A DNA stretch of 63,901 bases, filler included, from Reclinomonas americana ATCC 50394 (taxonomy: Eukaryota): the NCBI GenBank assembly GCA_048213135.1. It is 19 parts of 19 records of this genome, joined end to end, with 100 filler letters (N's around TTAATTAATTAA, not from the genome) between each part and the next. Parts side by side here need not be neighbours in the genome. Positions count along the whole stretch, not along the records: positions 1 to 1,501 come from AFZH01019040.1; positions 1,602 to 12,069 come from AFZH01019041.1; 17 more parts are not named here. One strand, written 5' to 3'. Shown here in pieces: positions 1 to 12,069 of the stretch. The translations under genes and the position numbers were made by a program. Below the pieces are notes generated by a model. It ran no database searches and was not told the origin of the DNA. It saw only the letters and a list, made by a program, of their open reading frames with translations. Position 1 is the stretch's first letter. Each line of letters starts with the position of its first letter.

Positions 1-407
1 TGCAACGCAGTGTGCAACGCAGTGTGCAACGCAGTGTGCAACGCAGTGTGCAACGCAAGTGTGCAACGCAAGTGTGCAACGCAGTGTGTGCAACGCAGTG
101 TGTGCAACGCAAGTGGGCAACGCAAGTGGGCAACGCAGAGTGCAATGCAGTGTGCAACGCAGTGTGCAATGCAGTGTGCAACGCAGTGTGTGCAATGCAG
201 TGTGCAACGCAGTGTGCAATGCAGTGTGCAATGCAGTGTGCAACGCAGTGTGCAATGCAGTGTGCAACGCAGAGTGCAACGCAGTGTGCAACGCAGTGTG
301 CAACGCAGTGTGCAACGCAGTGTGCAACGCAGTGTGCAACGCAGTGTGCAACGCAGTGTGCAACGCAGTGTGCAACGCAGTGTGCAACGCAAGTGCAACG
401 CAGTGTG
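1..407. repeat. 12-bp minisatellite (TGCAACGCAGTG)n inside a Miro intron
   Basis: Direct tandem repeat with small variants (TGCAATGCAGTG, extra TG); lies just past the donor at 428 of the minus-strand Miro exon. Confidence 0.95.
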
Positions 408-428
408 CTTCTTACAGTTCCCACACAC

Positions 429-1601
429 CATCAACGCCGTGAATCCCTCAAAGGTGATGCACCCATCTCGGACGCTGCCGGCGTACAGTCCCACGAGGTA
501 CTGCTGGAATTCGTCCCAGCAGTTCTCGACGCGTGTGTTGAAGTGGGCCTGTGCGAAGACGGCTTGTGAGAAATAGACTTGAGAGCAGATAGTGAGATCA
601 AGTAACATCACGCTAGGAGACAGTAGAGAATAAAAGAGGTTAGAATGCGGAGAGAGAGAGAGAGAGAGAGTGAGAGAGAGAGAGAGAAACAGCAAGTGAG
701 TGAGAGAAGAGAGGTTGACGTTCCAGTCCCGGCCTCACCTGCAACTCGCTGGCCTCCTGCTCATTCAGCATGCCATCCTGATCCTTGTCGAGCACGTAAA
801 AGATGCGTTTGCAGGCCATAAGGAACTCGGGAGTTAACCGCTGCATCACTGGAGTGTCAGCTCTCGTCAGTTTGAATTCCCAAGAAGAACAATCGCACCC
901 CCGTGCTGTTGTCGAGCAACACGTAGCGCGGGAAAAGCGCAAACTCGGGACCGCGATGCAACACCTCGAAAATGTCCATTCCACGCAGGGCCGAGCACGT
1001 CACGTAGTCCCACATGGCGGCTGGCCAGTTGTCCTGCGGCGCGCACGGCATGTGAGCACCGGCGACAACGAGAACACGCAGGTCGGCGTATTCAACCACC
1101 TTCAAATACGCGATAATGTTGCGCGAATGCTCAAACGTGATGCGCGATGCCTCGTCGGGGACAGCGTCCTTTTTGTTGGCCACGACAATCAGCGGGCACT
1201 GCAGACAGACAAGCGTGAGGCGAAGGAATGAGAAGGCAGAATGAATATGGCAATCCGGGGTACCTTCACATCCTTGTCGCGCAACATCGGGATCCAGCGA
1301 GTGCGCAGGGCGGAAAGGAAGTTGAGGTCGCCCATGTCGTAGAAGAGGAGGACAGAGTTGGCGCGGTGGAGTTCGCGCTCTTGGCGGAGTGGGTCCAGCA
1401 CTTCGAGTGGGGAAGAGAGAGACGTGAGAGGGTGAGAGGAACGAGAAAACACAAGGGATTGAGAGGAACGAGCAGCGAGAAGCAGAGGGTGCGGCGAGCA
1501 GNNNNNNNNNNNNNNNNNNNNNNNNNNNNNNNNNNNNNNNNNNNNTTAATTAATTAANNNNNNNNNNNNNNNNNNNNNNNNNNNNNNNNNNNNNNNNNNN
1601 N

Positions 1602-1646
<45 letters not shown>

Positions 1647-2288
1647 TGTGAGTGAGTGAGTGAGTGCCAGAGTGTGTGTGTGTGAGTGAGTGAGTGAGTG
1701 AGTGAGTGAGTGAGTGAGTGAGTGAGTGAGTGAGTGAGTGAGTGAGTGAGTGAGTGAGTGAGTGAGTGAGTGAGTGAGTGAGTGAGTGAGTAAGTGAGTG
1801 TGTGTGTGTGAGTGTGGGAGTGAGTGGAGAGAGTGAGTGTGTGAGCGAGTTGTCTTTCTCTCTGAGCATCCGTGTATGACGCATCTATTCTCTTCCCTCT
1901 CTCCTCTCTCTCTCACACACTGTCTCTCTCCCACTCTTCTCTCTCTCTTCTCACCATCACCCAACAAAACCACTCGCAGCTCCACCACACTCACACCACC
2001 ACCCGCGACATCCTCATCACTCTCCACCTCCACCTCCCCCACTTCCACCGTCACATCCAACGAAGGAAGGGCGGCAGACGGGGAAGCAACAGGCGAAGAG
2101 AGCGACGAGGAGCGGCGATGATGATGCTGGTGGCGTTGTTGGCGACGAGAGGGCGGGCGAGGCGAGGGGGCGCCACTGGAGCTGGCGCTGACGGGAGGCG
2201 GGACGAAGGGGCGGGGTTCGAGAGGTGGAGTGGGCGAGGGAGGCGGGAAGAGGCGCGTGGAGGAGTCGGGGCGGGGAGGGCGTGACAT
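429..2288 (-). CDS. MIRO: Mitochondrial Rho GTPase Miro, 5' part (N-GTPase + first EF-hand); multi-exon, continues off the left edge
   Basis: Spliced exons read LRVVLLGDG (P-loop start), ANSVLLFYD..LRTRWIPML, PLIVVANKKD (G4), YVTCSAL (G5), LTPEFLMACKRIFYVLDKDQDGMLNEQE (EF-hand), then GCITFEGF: the Miro domain order. Confidence 0.85.
1502..1601. other. Artificial scaffold gap linker (first of 18; others start at 12070, 17138, 18582, 19721, 30922, 34986, 36748, 38611, 40547, 42093, 43401, 46275, 51078, 55188, 56827, 58303, 62783)
   Basis: Identical N44-TTAATTAATTAA-N44 each time, giving stops in all six frames; usually adjacent to microsatellites. Confidence 0.97.
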
Positions 2289-2679
2289 ACTCCTCGTCTC
2301 TCGCGCGCGGGCGATGATGATGATGGTGAGGGACAACTTCGCTTCCGTCCTTACGATTGCGATCTGGCAAGAGGGACGCCCTGGAGAGCACATGGCCGTG
2401 ACACATTCAAGTGCGAAGAAGGTAAATGTGGAGAATGGTGGGGAAGGCAAGGCTGCAAGGATTGAAGAGACGAGGGGACGAGATGAAGCAACCTCGAAGC
2501 ACCCCCGACCCTTCATCGAGACCGCCATACCTCCACTGCATGCCACATCCATGGCGCATATGAGACGGCTTCAGATCACTGCCTCCCCACCCAAGACCGA
2601 CACGCTTGCCTCACAACATCCTCGTCCATTACGCACTGCTCACTCTCTTTCCCTCTTCATCTCTCCTTCCACCAACCGC

Positions 2680-4550
2680 TCACAGACTCGGTCCCCTCGG
2701 CATACCGTTCATCGGCCACGCAGAGCCGAGGTAGTCGGCGAGCAGGTGCATGCGGTCGCTGCCAAAGAACAGCTCGGAGTTTTGGTCGCCGCCGCGCGTG
2801 ACCATGAGGGTGGGGGCGCCAAACATGCCGCGCTGTACGGCGCGCTCGGTCTCCTTGGTGAGTGCCTCCTTGGTGGCGGGGTCGTTGCTCTGCGTGGAAG
2901 GGCAAGGAAGTTAGAGAGGGAAGGGGAAGAAACGACAGGAAGAAAGGTTTACCTTTTTCACGAGATCCTCAGCCACCGCCGTGGAGAGTCCCGCCGCCTC
3001 GCAGGCCGCCACTAGGCTGGCCGCGCTCTTGACATCCTCGTCGCGGAACCAGACTCGACGGTAGAGCTGGCGGGTGACCTGGAGGGGGGAGAAGGAGAGG
3101 GAGAAGGAGAGGGAGAGGGAGGGGAGGGAGAGGGGAGAGAGGGAGAAGGGGGCACCAAGGGAGCTTGTTGGTGAGAATGTCGCAGATGAAAAAGCAAGCA
3201 GCGACAGGGGTACGGAGCGACAGAAGCAATAGAGCGGGGAGCGACAGAGCAAACAGCGACAGAGCAAAGAACGACAGAGCAAGAAACGACAGAGTAAGCA
3301 GCGACAGAGCAAGACGCGACAGAGCAAGCAGCGACCGAGCAAGCAGCGATGGGAGCAAGCAGCGACAGAGCAAACAGCGACAGAGCAAAGAACGACAGAG
3401 CAAGAAACGACAGAGTAAGCAGCGACAGAGCAAGCACCGACAGAGCAAGCAGCGACAGAGCAAGCAGCGACAGAGCAAGCAACGACTGGGACACGGAGCG
3501 ACAGAGTAAGGAGCGACAGCGCAAGGCACCGACAGAGCAAGCACCGACAGAGCAAGCACCGACAGAGCAGGCAGCGACAGGAGCAAGGAGCGACAGAGCA
3601 AGGAGCGATAGAGCAAGCACCGACAGAGCAGGCAGCGACAGAGCAAGCAGCGACAGGAGCAAGGAGCGACAGAGCAAGCAGCGACCGAGCAAGGAGCGAC
3701 AGGAGCAAGGAGCGACAGAGCAAGCAGCGACTGAGCAAGCAGCGACAGAGCAAGCAGCGACCGCGCAAGCAGAGACAGAGCAATGAGCGACCGCGCAAGC
3801 AGAGACAGAGCAAGGAGCGACTGAGCAAGCAGCGACAGAGCAAGCAGCGACAGAGCGAGCAGCGACCAAACAAGCAGCAACAGGAGCAAGGAGCAACCGA
3901 GCAAGCACCGACAGAGCAAGCACCGACAGCACAAGCACCGACAGAGCAAGCAGCGACAGGAGCAAGGAGCGACAGAGCAAGCAGCGAAAGCGCAAGGAGC
4001 GACAGAGCAGCGGCAGAGCAAGCAGCGACCGAGCAAGCAGCGACCGAGCAAGCAGCGACCGAGCAAGCAGCGACAGGAGCAAGGGAGTATGTGCGTTCCC
4101 ATCCTCTCTCTCTCACACACACACACACTCTTCCCCTCTCTCTCCGTTTCCCTTCTCCCTTCCCTCCCTCTCCCTCTCTCCCCTCCCCCCCCCCCACCAC
4201 CCACCTCCTCCACAAACTCCGGCTTATGCAACTGCACCGCCATCAACAACCGCTGCGCCTGCAACGTGTGAAAGATCACCTCAAACTCCTTGGGCGCGCG
4301 CAGCGGCAAGCGATAGAAATCCGCCAAACGCGCCAAGTCGCGGAACATGTACACGCGCTTGGCCATGACAAGACCGGGCGGGCGATTGCCCGTCGCCTTC
4401 ATCACTCCGCCGAGGAAGATTGGGCGGAGGACGAGGCGGGCGCGCAGGTGCGGGCCGGCGCAGCGACACAGCAGCTCAAAGGCCACGTAGGAGTACGGGC
4501 TGGCAATGTCGTAGTACAGCTCGATGGTGTGGGGGAGGGTGGAGGAGGTC
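2680..4550 (-). CDS. GSTK1: Glutathione S-transferase kappa / HCCA isomerase (DsbA-like fold); 3 visible exons, start codon not resolved
   Basis: IELYYDIASPYSY, PIFLGGVMKATGNRPP, AKRVYMFRDL, GMFGAPT, ELFFGSDRMHLLA motifs; exons ~4550-4204, ~3078-2953, 2889-2680. Confidence 0.92.
3195..4083. repeat. ~15-bp minisatellite (GCGACAGAGCAAGCA)n in a GSTK intron
   Basis: Tandem units with variants; produces the spurious low-complexity ORFs in all frames. Confidence 0.93.
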
Positions 4551-4669
4551 CTGAGAGAGGGTGGTGGAGTGAGTGGGAGAAAGGGGGAAAGGGGAGAGGT
4601 GAGTGAGTGCGCAGGTGACGGAACATTTGGATTGGTGGGTGAAGTGTCCTGCGAGTGGTGGTGCAAGAG

Positions 4670-5300
4670 GGACCGTGAGCGGTACTCGTTGAAGGTAGTA
4701 TTCTTGGTTTCCAAGGTCGGTGTAGCTGCTTCTGGAGAGTCGCACGCGTGAAAGAAGCGATAGGTGCAAATGTTCGCTGAAATCGGAGTTGGTTTGGTTT
4801 GCAGTAGACGCTGCGGGCGGTGAACAAGGTGTGTGGACCGCATGCTGCGCTCAACGGAGATCGCATTCTTGTTTTCCACGGCCAATATATCTGCTTCTGG
4901 AACGTCGCATGCGCAGGTGAAAGTTATTGGTGTATTTGTTCGGATTGGGATTAGAAAAGAGCAGAAGCTGCAGGCGGTTGGCAAGGTGTGTGGACATGCG
5001 AGCGGTACTCGTTGAAGGTAGCATTCTTGGTATTCAAGGCGAGCTGCAGTGCAGTTGCCTCCAGAGCGTCGACGTCGCAGCGATCCATCGATTTCGAATT
5101 TGCAAATGTTCGGAGTGTTTTGGTTTGCAGCAGGAGCAGCAGACAGTGGGTGACGTGTGTGGACCACATGCTGCACTCGTTGAAGGTTAGCATTGTTGGT
5201 TTCCAAGGCCGGTGCAGTTGCTTCGGGGTCCGGAGCGTCGCACGATGCGACTCGCCGTGAAAAAAGCGCAGCGATCGCAGCGTGCCGATGCAAATGCTGG
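4670..5300. repeat. Diverged intergenic tandem repeat (~150-330 bp units)
   Basis: Recurrent GAGCGGTACTCGTTGAAGGTAG..TTCTTGGT and TGCAAATGTTC segments (~4678, ~5000, ~5175). Confidence 0.7.
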
Positions 5301-6267
5301 GATCCGGAGACAATGTCGGCGGTGGTCAGGCGGTGAACGGGCAACAAGCGGTCCAACAAACCAAACTGCGAACAGGAATGCAGAAACAACTTGCGGAAGA
5401 GAATTCACAAACGAAGTAGCAAGGGTTTTCCATAGCAGAGGTTGCCCACGTTGAGAATTTGATTTCCAGTTTCGGCGATTGAAATCGGAAAGTCAGCCTT
5501 CGCTGTACGCACAGGAAGCAAGCTTGCCTCTGGTCGTACTCGAGATCGTGCAATAGCTTCACACGTACGCTACTTACGAACGGCCACTGCGCCGAAGTGC
5601 TTCGAAATTCGATATTCGCCGGCGTCACTTGGCCCAGTCGCTCCGCCAACGCAGCCCTTCAACCTCGGCGACCGACCGACGTGCAACAACACAGGTCCTT
5701 GCGCGAGAAAAAAATGGTCTTTGCAATTGGTGTGTCTCGACGTTCAGCAAAACTTCGGACGAATGGACAAACGCGGTCCGTCAAATATCACACGCTCCTG
5801 CGACGCACTCAGGAGCCCTCTCTCCCTTGCACACACACCCTCCCACCTCACTTCTCTCTCAGTGTGCACGCGCGCGCGTGTGTGTCTCGCAACCACAAAG
5901 CATCACTCTTTGTGCGCGCGCGCGCAAGTGAACCGGTCTGTTTTCGAGAGCCGTTGGGTCCTCTCCTCACGCGCGCTCTCTGTCTCTCTTTGACTCGAAA
6001 CGCTGTGTGTGTGTGTTACAAGGTACGTGCATCAGTCACGACGCTGCATCAGCATGAGTGCGAGAAGAAAACTCTGTGAGCGAGAAAACAAGTGCCTCTG
6101 GCTCACGCGCGCGCGCAATATGACACGCTCTCTCTTCGCGCACAATGAGAGAGAGAGACTCGACTTCCTGGCGCGCTTTATCCTTCGCCTTTTGCACACT
6201 TTATGCATTCTCTTACTCATTCACGCTCTCTCACTTGCAAACACGCAGCCACTCAAACACACACACA

Positions 6268-6300
<33 letters not shown>

Positions 6301-6824
6301 TCATGCATATTCAGTCGCTCAGTTGCAATCTCTCGGACTCCTCTAAAACACGCAGTCGTTCGCTCACTCTCCTTCTCTCTCTCCCTCTCACTCTCTTTCT
6401 CTCTCCCCCCTCTCTCTCTCGCCCCCACACTCTCATTCTCTCCTGTCATGTTGTTCCTCCACTCTTCTTCGCTCTTCCCTTTGCACCCTTCTTCCCACCG
6501 CCCTTCTCTCCCCTCTCCACTCTCTTCTTCACACTGCCTTTCATTCCCTTTATTCCCCTCTTCCGTGTCGCTCTTCCCTTGCACCATGCCACCAGTCTTC
6601 TCTCTCCTCTTCACTCTCTTTTTCTCGCTGCCCTGCGCTCTCTCACACACACTCTCTCTCTCACCGTTCCCATCATCCACTCTTCGCTCTCACCTCCCAT
6701 CGCCTTCTCTCTTCTTCATGTTGCCAAGACTCCTCTCTCACTCCCTTTCAGTCCTCTCCCCTTCAATCCTCTCCCTTCCACCTCCCCTCACTCACCCTTC
6801 CCTCTCTACCCCATCCAGCTCCCC

Positions 6825-9800
6825 ATGTCCGCTCGCCTCCTCCACCCGCACATCGCCCTCCGTGGTGGCGGCTGCGCACACTCGACGCAACGCAGTGGTG
6901 CCGCGGCGAACAATGACAACACTGGCGCAGCTGGAGCAGCAGCTGCGGCGTCGTCTGCTGACGGTGACAAGCGCAGAGGCGGCAGTGTCGTGCCCTTTGC
7001 GGGCACGCCGCCCTCGGAAGCAGTGGACACTGACAGCGGTAAGTGTGCGGAGGAGAACAAGGTGACAGAGCGCAGTACGTGTCTCATTGTTCGAGCAGAG
7101 AAATGGCACAATCTGGCTGCCACGGGCGACGGGCCGTCACCATCGCCGAAGAGGTTGTTTGATCCGGTGAGTCCTCTCGAACAGCATTATGCTGCACATC
7201 GCGTTGCTGTCGAGTCGCTGCGCTTCGCTCGCTCCCCTTGAATTTTTCGTGGTCGCATGGTCGCTGCGTTTCGGTTGTGTCCTCCCAAGTCGCTGCGCTT
7301 CGCTCACTCCTCTTTTATTCTCGCGTGTGGGATACCTTGCGTTTGTTGTGTCGCTCCGTCTTGTTGGCTGTGTAAGGCCTCTGCTGTCGCGTTGTCGTTG
7401 AGTCGCTGCGCTTTGCTCGCTCCGTTGGATATCTGTCTTGCGGGAAGCAAGGCCTTCTATTGTTCCTGCTTAGTCGCTGCACTTCGCTCGCTCCGTTTTT
7501 ATATCTATCATCTTGCTGGCAGCAAGGCCTCTCTTCCCTTGTTTCGTGTCTGCCGAGTCGCTGCACTTCGCTCGCTCCGTTTTATATCTATCTTGCTGGC
7601 AGCAAGACCTCTCTTCTCTTGTCTCGTGTCTGCTGAGTCGCTGCGCTTCGCTCGCTCCTCTTTATATCTTTAGTGAGGGAAGCAAGGCCTCTCTCTTTCC
7701 TTCTGTTCTTCCTATTGAGTCGCTGCGGTTCGCTCGCTCCGTTTGATTTCTGTCTTGTGAAGCGAGGCCACTTTCTATTCTGTGGCAAGTCGCTGCGCTT
7801 CGCTCGCTCCCCTTGAATTTCTCTGGCCCCCGCGACCTGCTCACCGCCCACCCTCTTCTCCCTTCAACAGTCCCCCTCCTCCGTCCCCACCCGCGTCTCC
7901 CCCGTCGAAACCCGCGGCTCCCCAACCTCCGCCCAGTTCCTCGCCAATGGCCACTCTCACCCCAACTCCCACCCTGCCTCCCACCCCACTTCCCACCCCA
8001 CTTCTCACCCAGCATCGTACCCGAGTTCCTATCCGACATCCCACCCTCTCTCGCAAAAGATCGCTCGCTATCAAGCACGCTGGGTGAGCGAGGGTGCCGC
8101 CCGCGGTCGATCTCCCGTTTGTGACGTCTTTGGCAGTGTGTTGGTGAGTGGAGCGGTGGCGGGCGCGACGTGTTTCATTGCGTGCTCACTCTGCTGGTCA
8201 TGTACAGGTCCCACTGCTGGCGAATCAGAGCAGTGCCGAGTACATGCATGGAGCAGAGGTTGCTGTGGATGCGCTGGAGTTGGTGCACACGTTTTTGGAT
8301 TCTGCAGAGCACACAGTTGCGTCGGTGGATGTGAAGGGATGCTTGCTGCTGAGCTTTCTCTGCGTTCCATTTCGTGCACGCTGCCTGCTCTTGGGGACAG
8401 ATTTCAGTGTTTTGAATGCAATGCGAATCTCCTTCGTCACTGCTCTCTCCTTTCCTCTTCTTGTCTCTCGGATTGTATCCATCATGTCTGCTCTACGATT
8501 CCTCGTGCTCTGGTCTGTTTCAGCGGTTCCACCATCTGCGCGCGGTCGCCGTATCTTGTCCCATCGTGCCCTCTTCCGCTCTACGTCTTATCAAACTTTT
8601 CCCGTGGTTCAGAAACGATTGTGCCTGATGAATCACCTTTGCCAAGGGATCCACCTGCTCTGTTCTTTTTATCCTTTCCCTCCATTCCTCTCCCTCTCCC
8701 TCACCCTCACCTTTCCCCTCCCCCTCCGCAGTTCCTCCGCGTGGTCGGCCTCCCCGGCTCCGGCAAAACCACCCTCCTCCGTCAAACCCTCTCCCGCGTG
8801 TGCGACCAATCAGCCATCCCCGTCATCGCCATCTACATTGAATGGGCGCACATTCGCGCCGCCAGCATGCTCCCTAATTCGTTCATGTCGGCGCTGCTCG
8901 AATTTGCCGATTTTGATGCTGCAGAGGTGCGCGCTGTGCACGTCACTGCCACTGCCATTGCTCTCTCTTTCCCTCGCTGATCGACGACACAGATTGCCGA
9001 ACTACAACAATCGCCACACACGTACGTGATCGCCATTGACGACGCAGTAGGCGGTGCGGCGGCGGCCGACATGTTTGCCGAGCAGCATTTGGAGGTACGG
9101 GCGATCTGTCCGCGAAGGCGAGTCACTGGTGTTTGCTGACTGCTGTGCGCAGAGATGGGGTCGTGTGCATGTGCTCATATCGTCGACGTTCATGGGCTCA
9201 CACCCTGTCGACATCAAGGGCGAGTTGATGTGTGCGCTGAGACCACTCACCGATGATCAGGTGTATGCGTTCATCAAGCGGTGAGTTAGAAGGGGAAGTG
9301 GTTGAGAGAGTAGAGAGGAGAGGCAAATTTCTCTCGCTCTCCACGTGTGGGACCATCCTTTTCACTGCTGTTTCTTTATCACCTTTTCCCAAAGGCACAG
9401 CAATTTGTCTGTGCACTCTGATGTCGGTGCATGTATCTTTTCTTTTATCATGATTTGCAGACTCCTCTTTTCCGGTTTGTTTCGCCTTGCGGTCTCAATT
9501 CGTCTGTTCTTCACAAATTTATCATCTCTGTTTCTTTGTTGCTTCTATTTTGCTCGCCTCTCTAGTGCTCTCCTCTGGATTCATGGTCATGACCATTCTC
9601 TGCCTTTTCACCTCCTTGTTGCTTTCTTTCTTGCTCACCTCTCGTGCCTCCTCTCTGTATCTTCCCTTGTTGATACTTTCTTGCTCACCTCACTCGTCTC
9701 CGTGTATTTGTTTATCCCTATTCCTTGCGTCTTCGCCTCCTTGTTGCTGTCTTTTGGTCATCTCTCTTGTGCCCTCCTCTGCATCGCTGCTCTCTGAGCC

Positions 9801-12014
9801 TTACCTCCTTGCTGCCCGTTCTTTCTTTGAGTTTATCTCTCTTGTGCCCTCCTCTGGTTTTCTCGGCCTTCTCTTCTTTGTACTTCTTCACCTCCTTGTT
9901 GCTCTCTTCCTTGCTCACCTCCCGTGTGCCCTTCTCGCAGCCTCCCACCACAATTGCGCGTCGAATGGGAGGACCTCGACTCACTGCCCCGGTTGCGAAC
10001 ATTTGCCTCCACGGTGCGTCTCATCGCACTCACCTGTCGTGCCTCCCCGCCCACCACTCACCCTTCTCCGCACAGCCCCTGACTCTCACGCTCATTGTGT
10101 GCGCACTGGAGGCACTGCGCAACACGGATCTGCGCTCGTGGAAAGACTCGCAAAAAGTGGTGCGATGGCACCTGTATGAGGCCTTTTTCCAGTGGTGGCA
10201 CACGAATGAGGATGGGTGGCAGGCGTTGGATTCGGTGAGTGGTTGAATGGGAGAAGGGAGAGAGAGAGAGGGAGAGAGAGAGAGAGAGTGGGTTGCGTTC
10301 GTGTTTATGCTCTGTGAAGAGCAGAATGCAGAAGAGAGAAGCGGGAAAGAGAGGGCTGGCGTTTATGAGTGAGTATTTTAAGCAGCACCCTCTGTGAGTG
10401 CGCATTGAGCGAAATTGTGAGAGGTTGTTCCCTCACTTCCCTTTCCCTTGCCTCTCGCAGCACTTTGTGGACGAGGAAGGCACTATGGCCGAGATTCTCG
10501 AGTCAATATGCTCGCGTCTTGCCACAGCCATGCACGCCGCCAATGTGACGTCGATTCGCCGAGTGGTGCGTGACTTGCAGCTTGTCCCATTTCACGCCGT
10601 TTCATTGCTCACTCGCGTGAGCACAGCTCGAGCCACAAGTGCGCGATGCGGAAGCCACTTTGCGGGAAGCAGAACTGCAGGTGAGAGGCTTTGTGTGTGC
10701 ATGCTGTAGCCGGCTCAGCAATGTCTGCTTTAGCTTCCATCTTGGCTGCTCTGATCTTGATTCTCCCTTTTCTGTCTTATTCCTTGCCCTTCGTCTCCTC
10801 CGTATCCTTATTGCTCATTTCCTTTCCAGTTCACATCTCACTTTCCAAGTCTGTCGCTTCTCTCCTTCCTCCTTGTTCGTGCTTTTATCACGCAACATAC
10901 CGTTTTCCCTTCCCTCGTCCGCGCTCTCCTCTACTCTCTTTTCTCGCCATTGTAAGAAACAGAGAGAATGAGAAAGAGAGAGAAAGAAACAGAGAGATTA
11001 CGGAAGAACACGTTTCCCCCACCTCTGCCAAGACGACAGTGATAGCAAGCGCGACGACGCAGAGACACACTCTGAGAAAAGGGAAGATAGACAATGCTCG
11101 GTCGCCCTTCCCCGTGTCCTTTAGCTTCCTACCTGCCCCTGCATCTTTAACTCTCTTCCCCTCATCTTTCTTCTCCAAATCTCCCGTCTCCTCTTTCTTT
11201 CTCCACATTTGTCTTATCCATTTCCCTGTCTCTTCATATCCGTTGCCTTGTCGCTTTCTCACTCATCTTCTCCTCACCTCCGTCTCCTCACATCCCTTGC
11301 CATCACCTCCCTTCTCCTCACCTCCTTTTCCTCACCTTACTTCCCCTCGTCTTCCTTGTCCTCATCTCTTCTCCCCTCACATCCCTTGCCATCACCTCCT
11401 TCTCCTCACCTCTTTCTCCCCTCGTCTCTCTTCCCCTCCTCCTCCTCTCATCTCCCTTCTCCTAACACCCCTTCTCCCCAACGCAGGGCTCGGTGGGCGC
11501 CCCCCTCGTCACCGCGCTGAAACACGACGTCGGCAAACTGCAAACCAATCACCGTCTCTGGTTCCTCAACCTCTCATGGCGCGCCACGTACCTCGATCAA
11601 CTCTCACCAGCAGTTGCGTGTTGCGATGCGAAGGCCATGCACCCGCTAGCCACTCATTGTCTACTTGCCACAGATTCTCCTGATTCCACGCGCCACTGAC
11701 GCTTTCGGCTTTGTACACGACTCATTCCTGGACTACCTGGTTGCCACCTCCGCACTGGATGCGCTGGAGGCCTGGGTGGACGAGGTGCGTGGCACGAGGC
11801 TGACTGTTGTCTGGTCTGCGAAGCTCACCTACTTTTGAATGCACAGACGCGTGACAAGATCGACACACCGGGCGCCGACGAGAATCTGGCGCAGTCGCCA
11901 CTGGGATGCCGACCACTGTCACTTCATGTTGCGTCTGGCGTGAGGCTTGCTGTACATGTTTATCCAACCTTGCCTCTGTCTCGTTCGCTGTTTGCTCTCG
12001 CGCCTTCTCGCTCT

Positions 12015-12069
<55 letters not shown>

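Noticed and set aside
1..407. Possible telomeric or subtelomeric repeat at the window start
   Set aside because: The 12-bp unit has no G-rich telomere pattern and sits inside a Miro intron
1035..1100. Apparent ~22-aa insertion in the Miro GTPase domain
   Set aside because: It is a 66-nt in-frame GT...CTCAC...CAG intron
1502..1601. Recurrent palindrome TTAATTAATTAA as a biological element
   Set aside because: Always centred in fixed N runs; an assembly linker
2680..2691. PTS1 on GST kappa
   Set aside because: The C-terminus is PSL, not a convincing SKL-type signal
2911..5389. Long ORFs (806, 434 and 356 aa) across GSTK
   Set aside because: Read-through of a stop-free minisatellite intron; only short exons are coding
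7211..7820. Bona fide CRISPR array
   Set aside because: Spacers are mutually homologous and irregular in length, the array is intronic in a eukaryote, and no cas genes are present; kept as a repeat finding only
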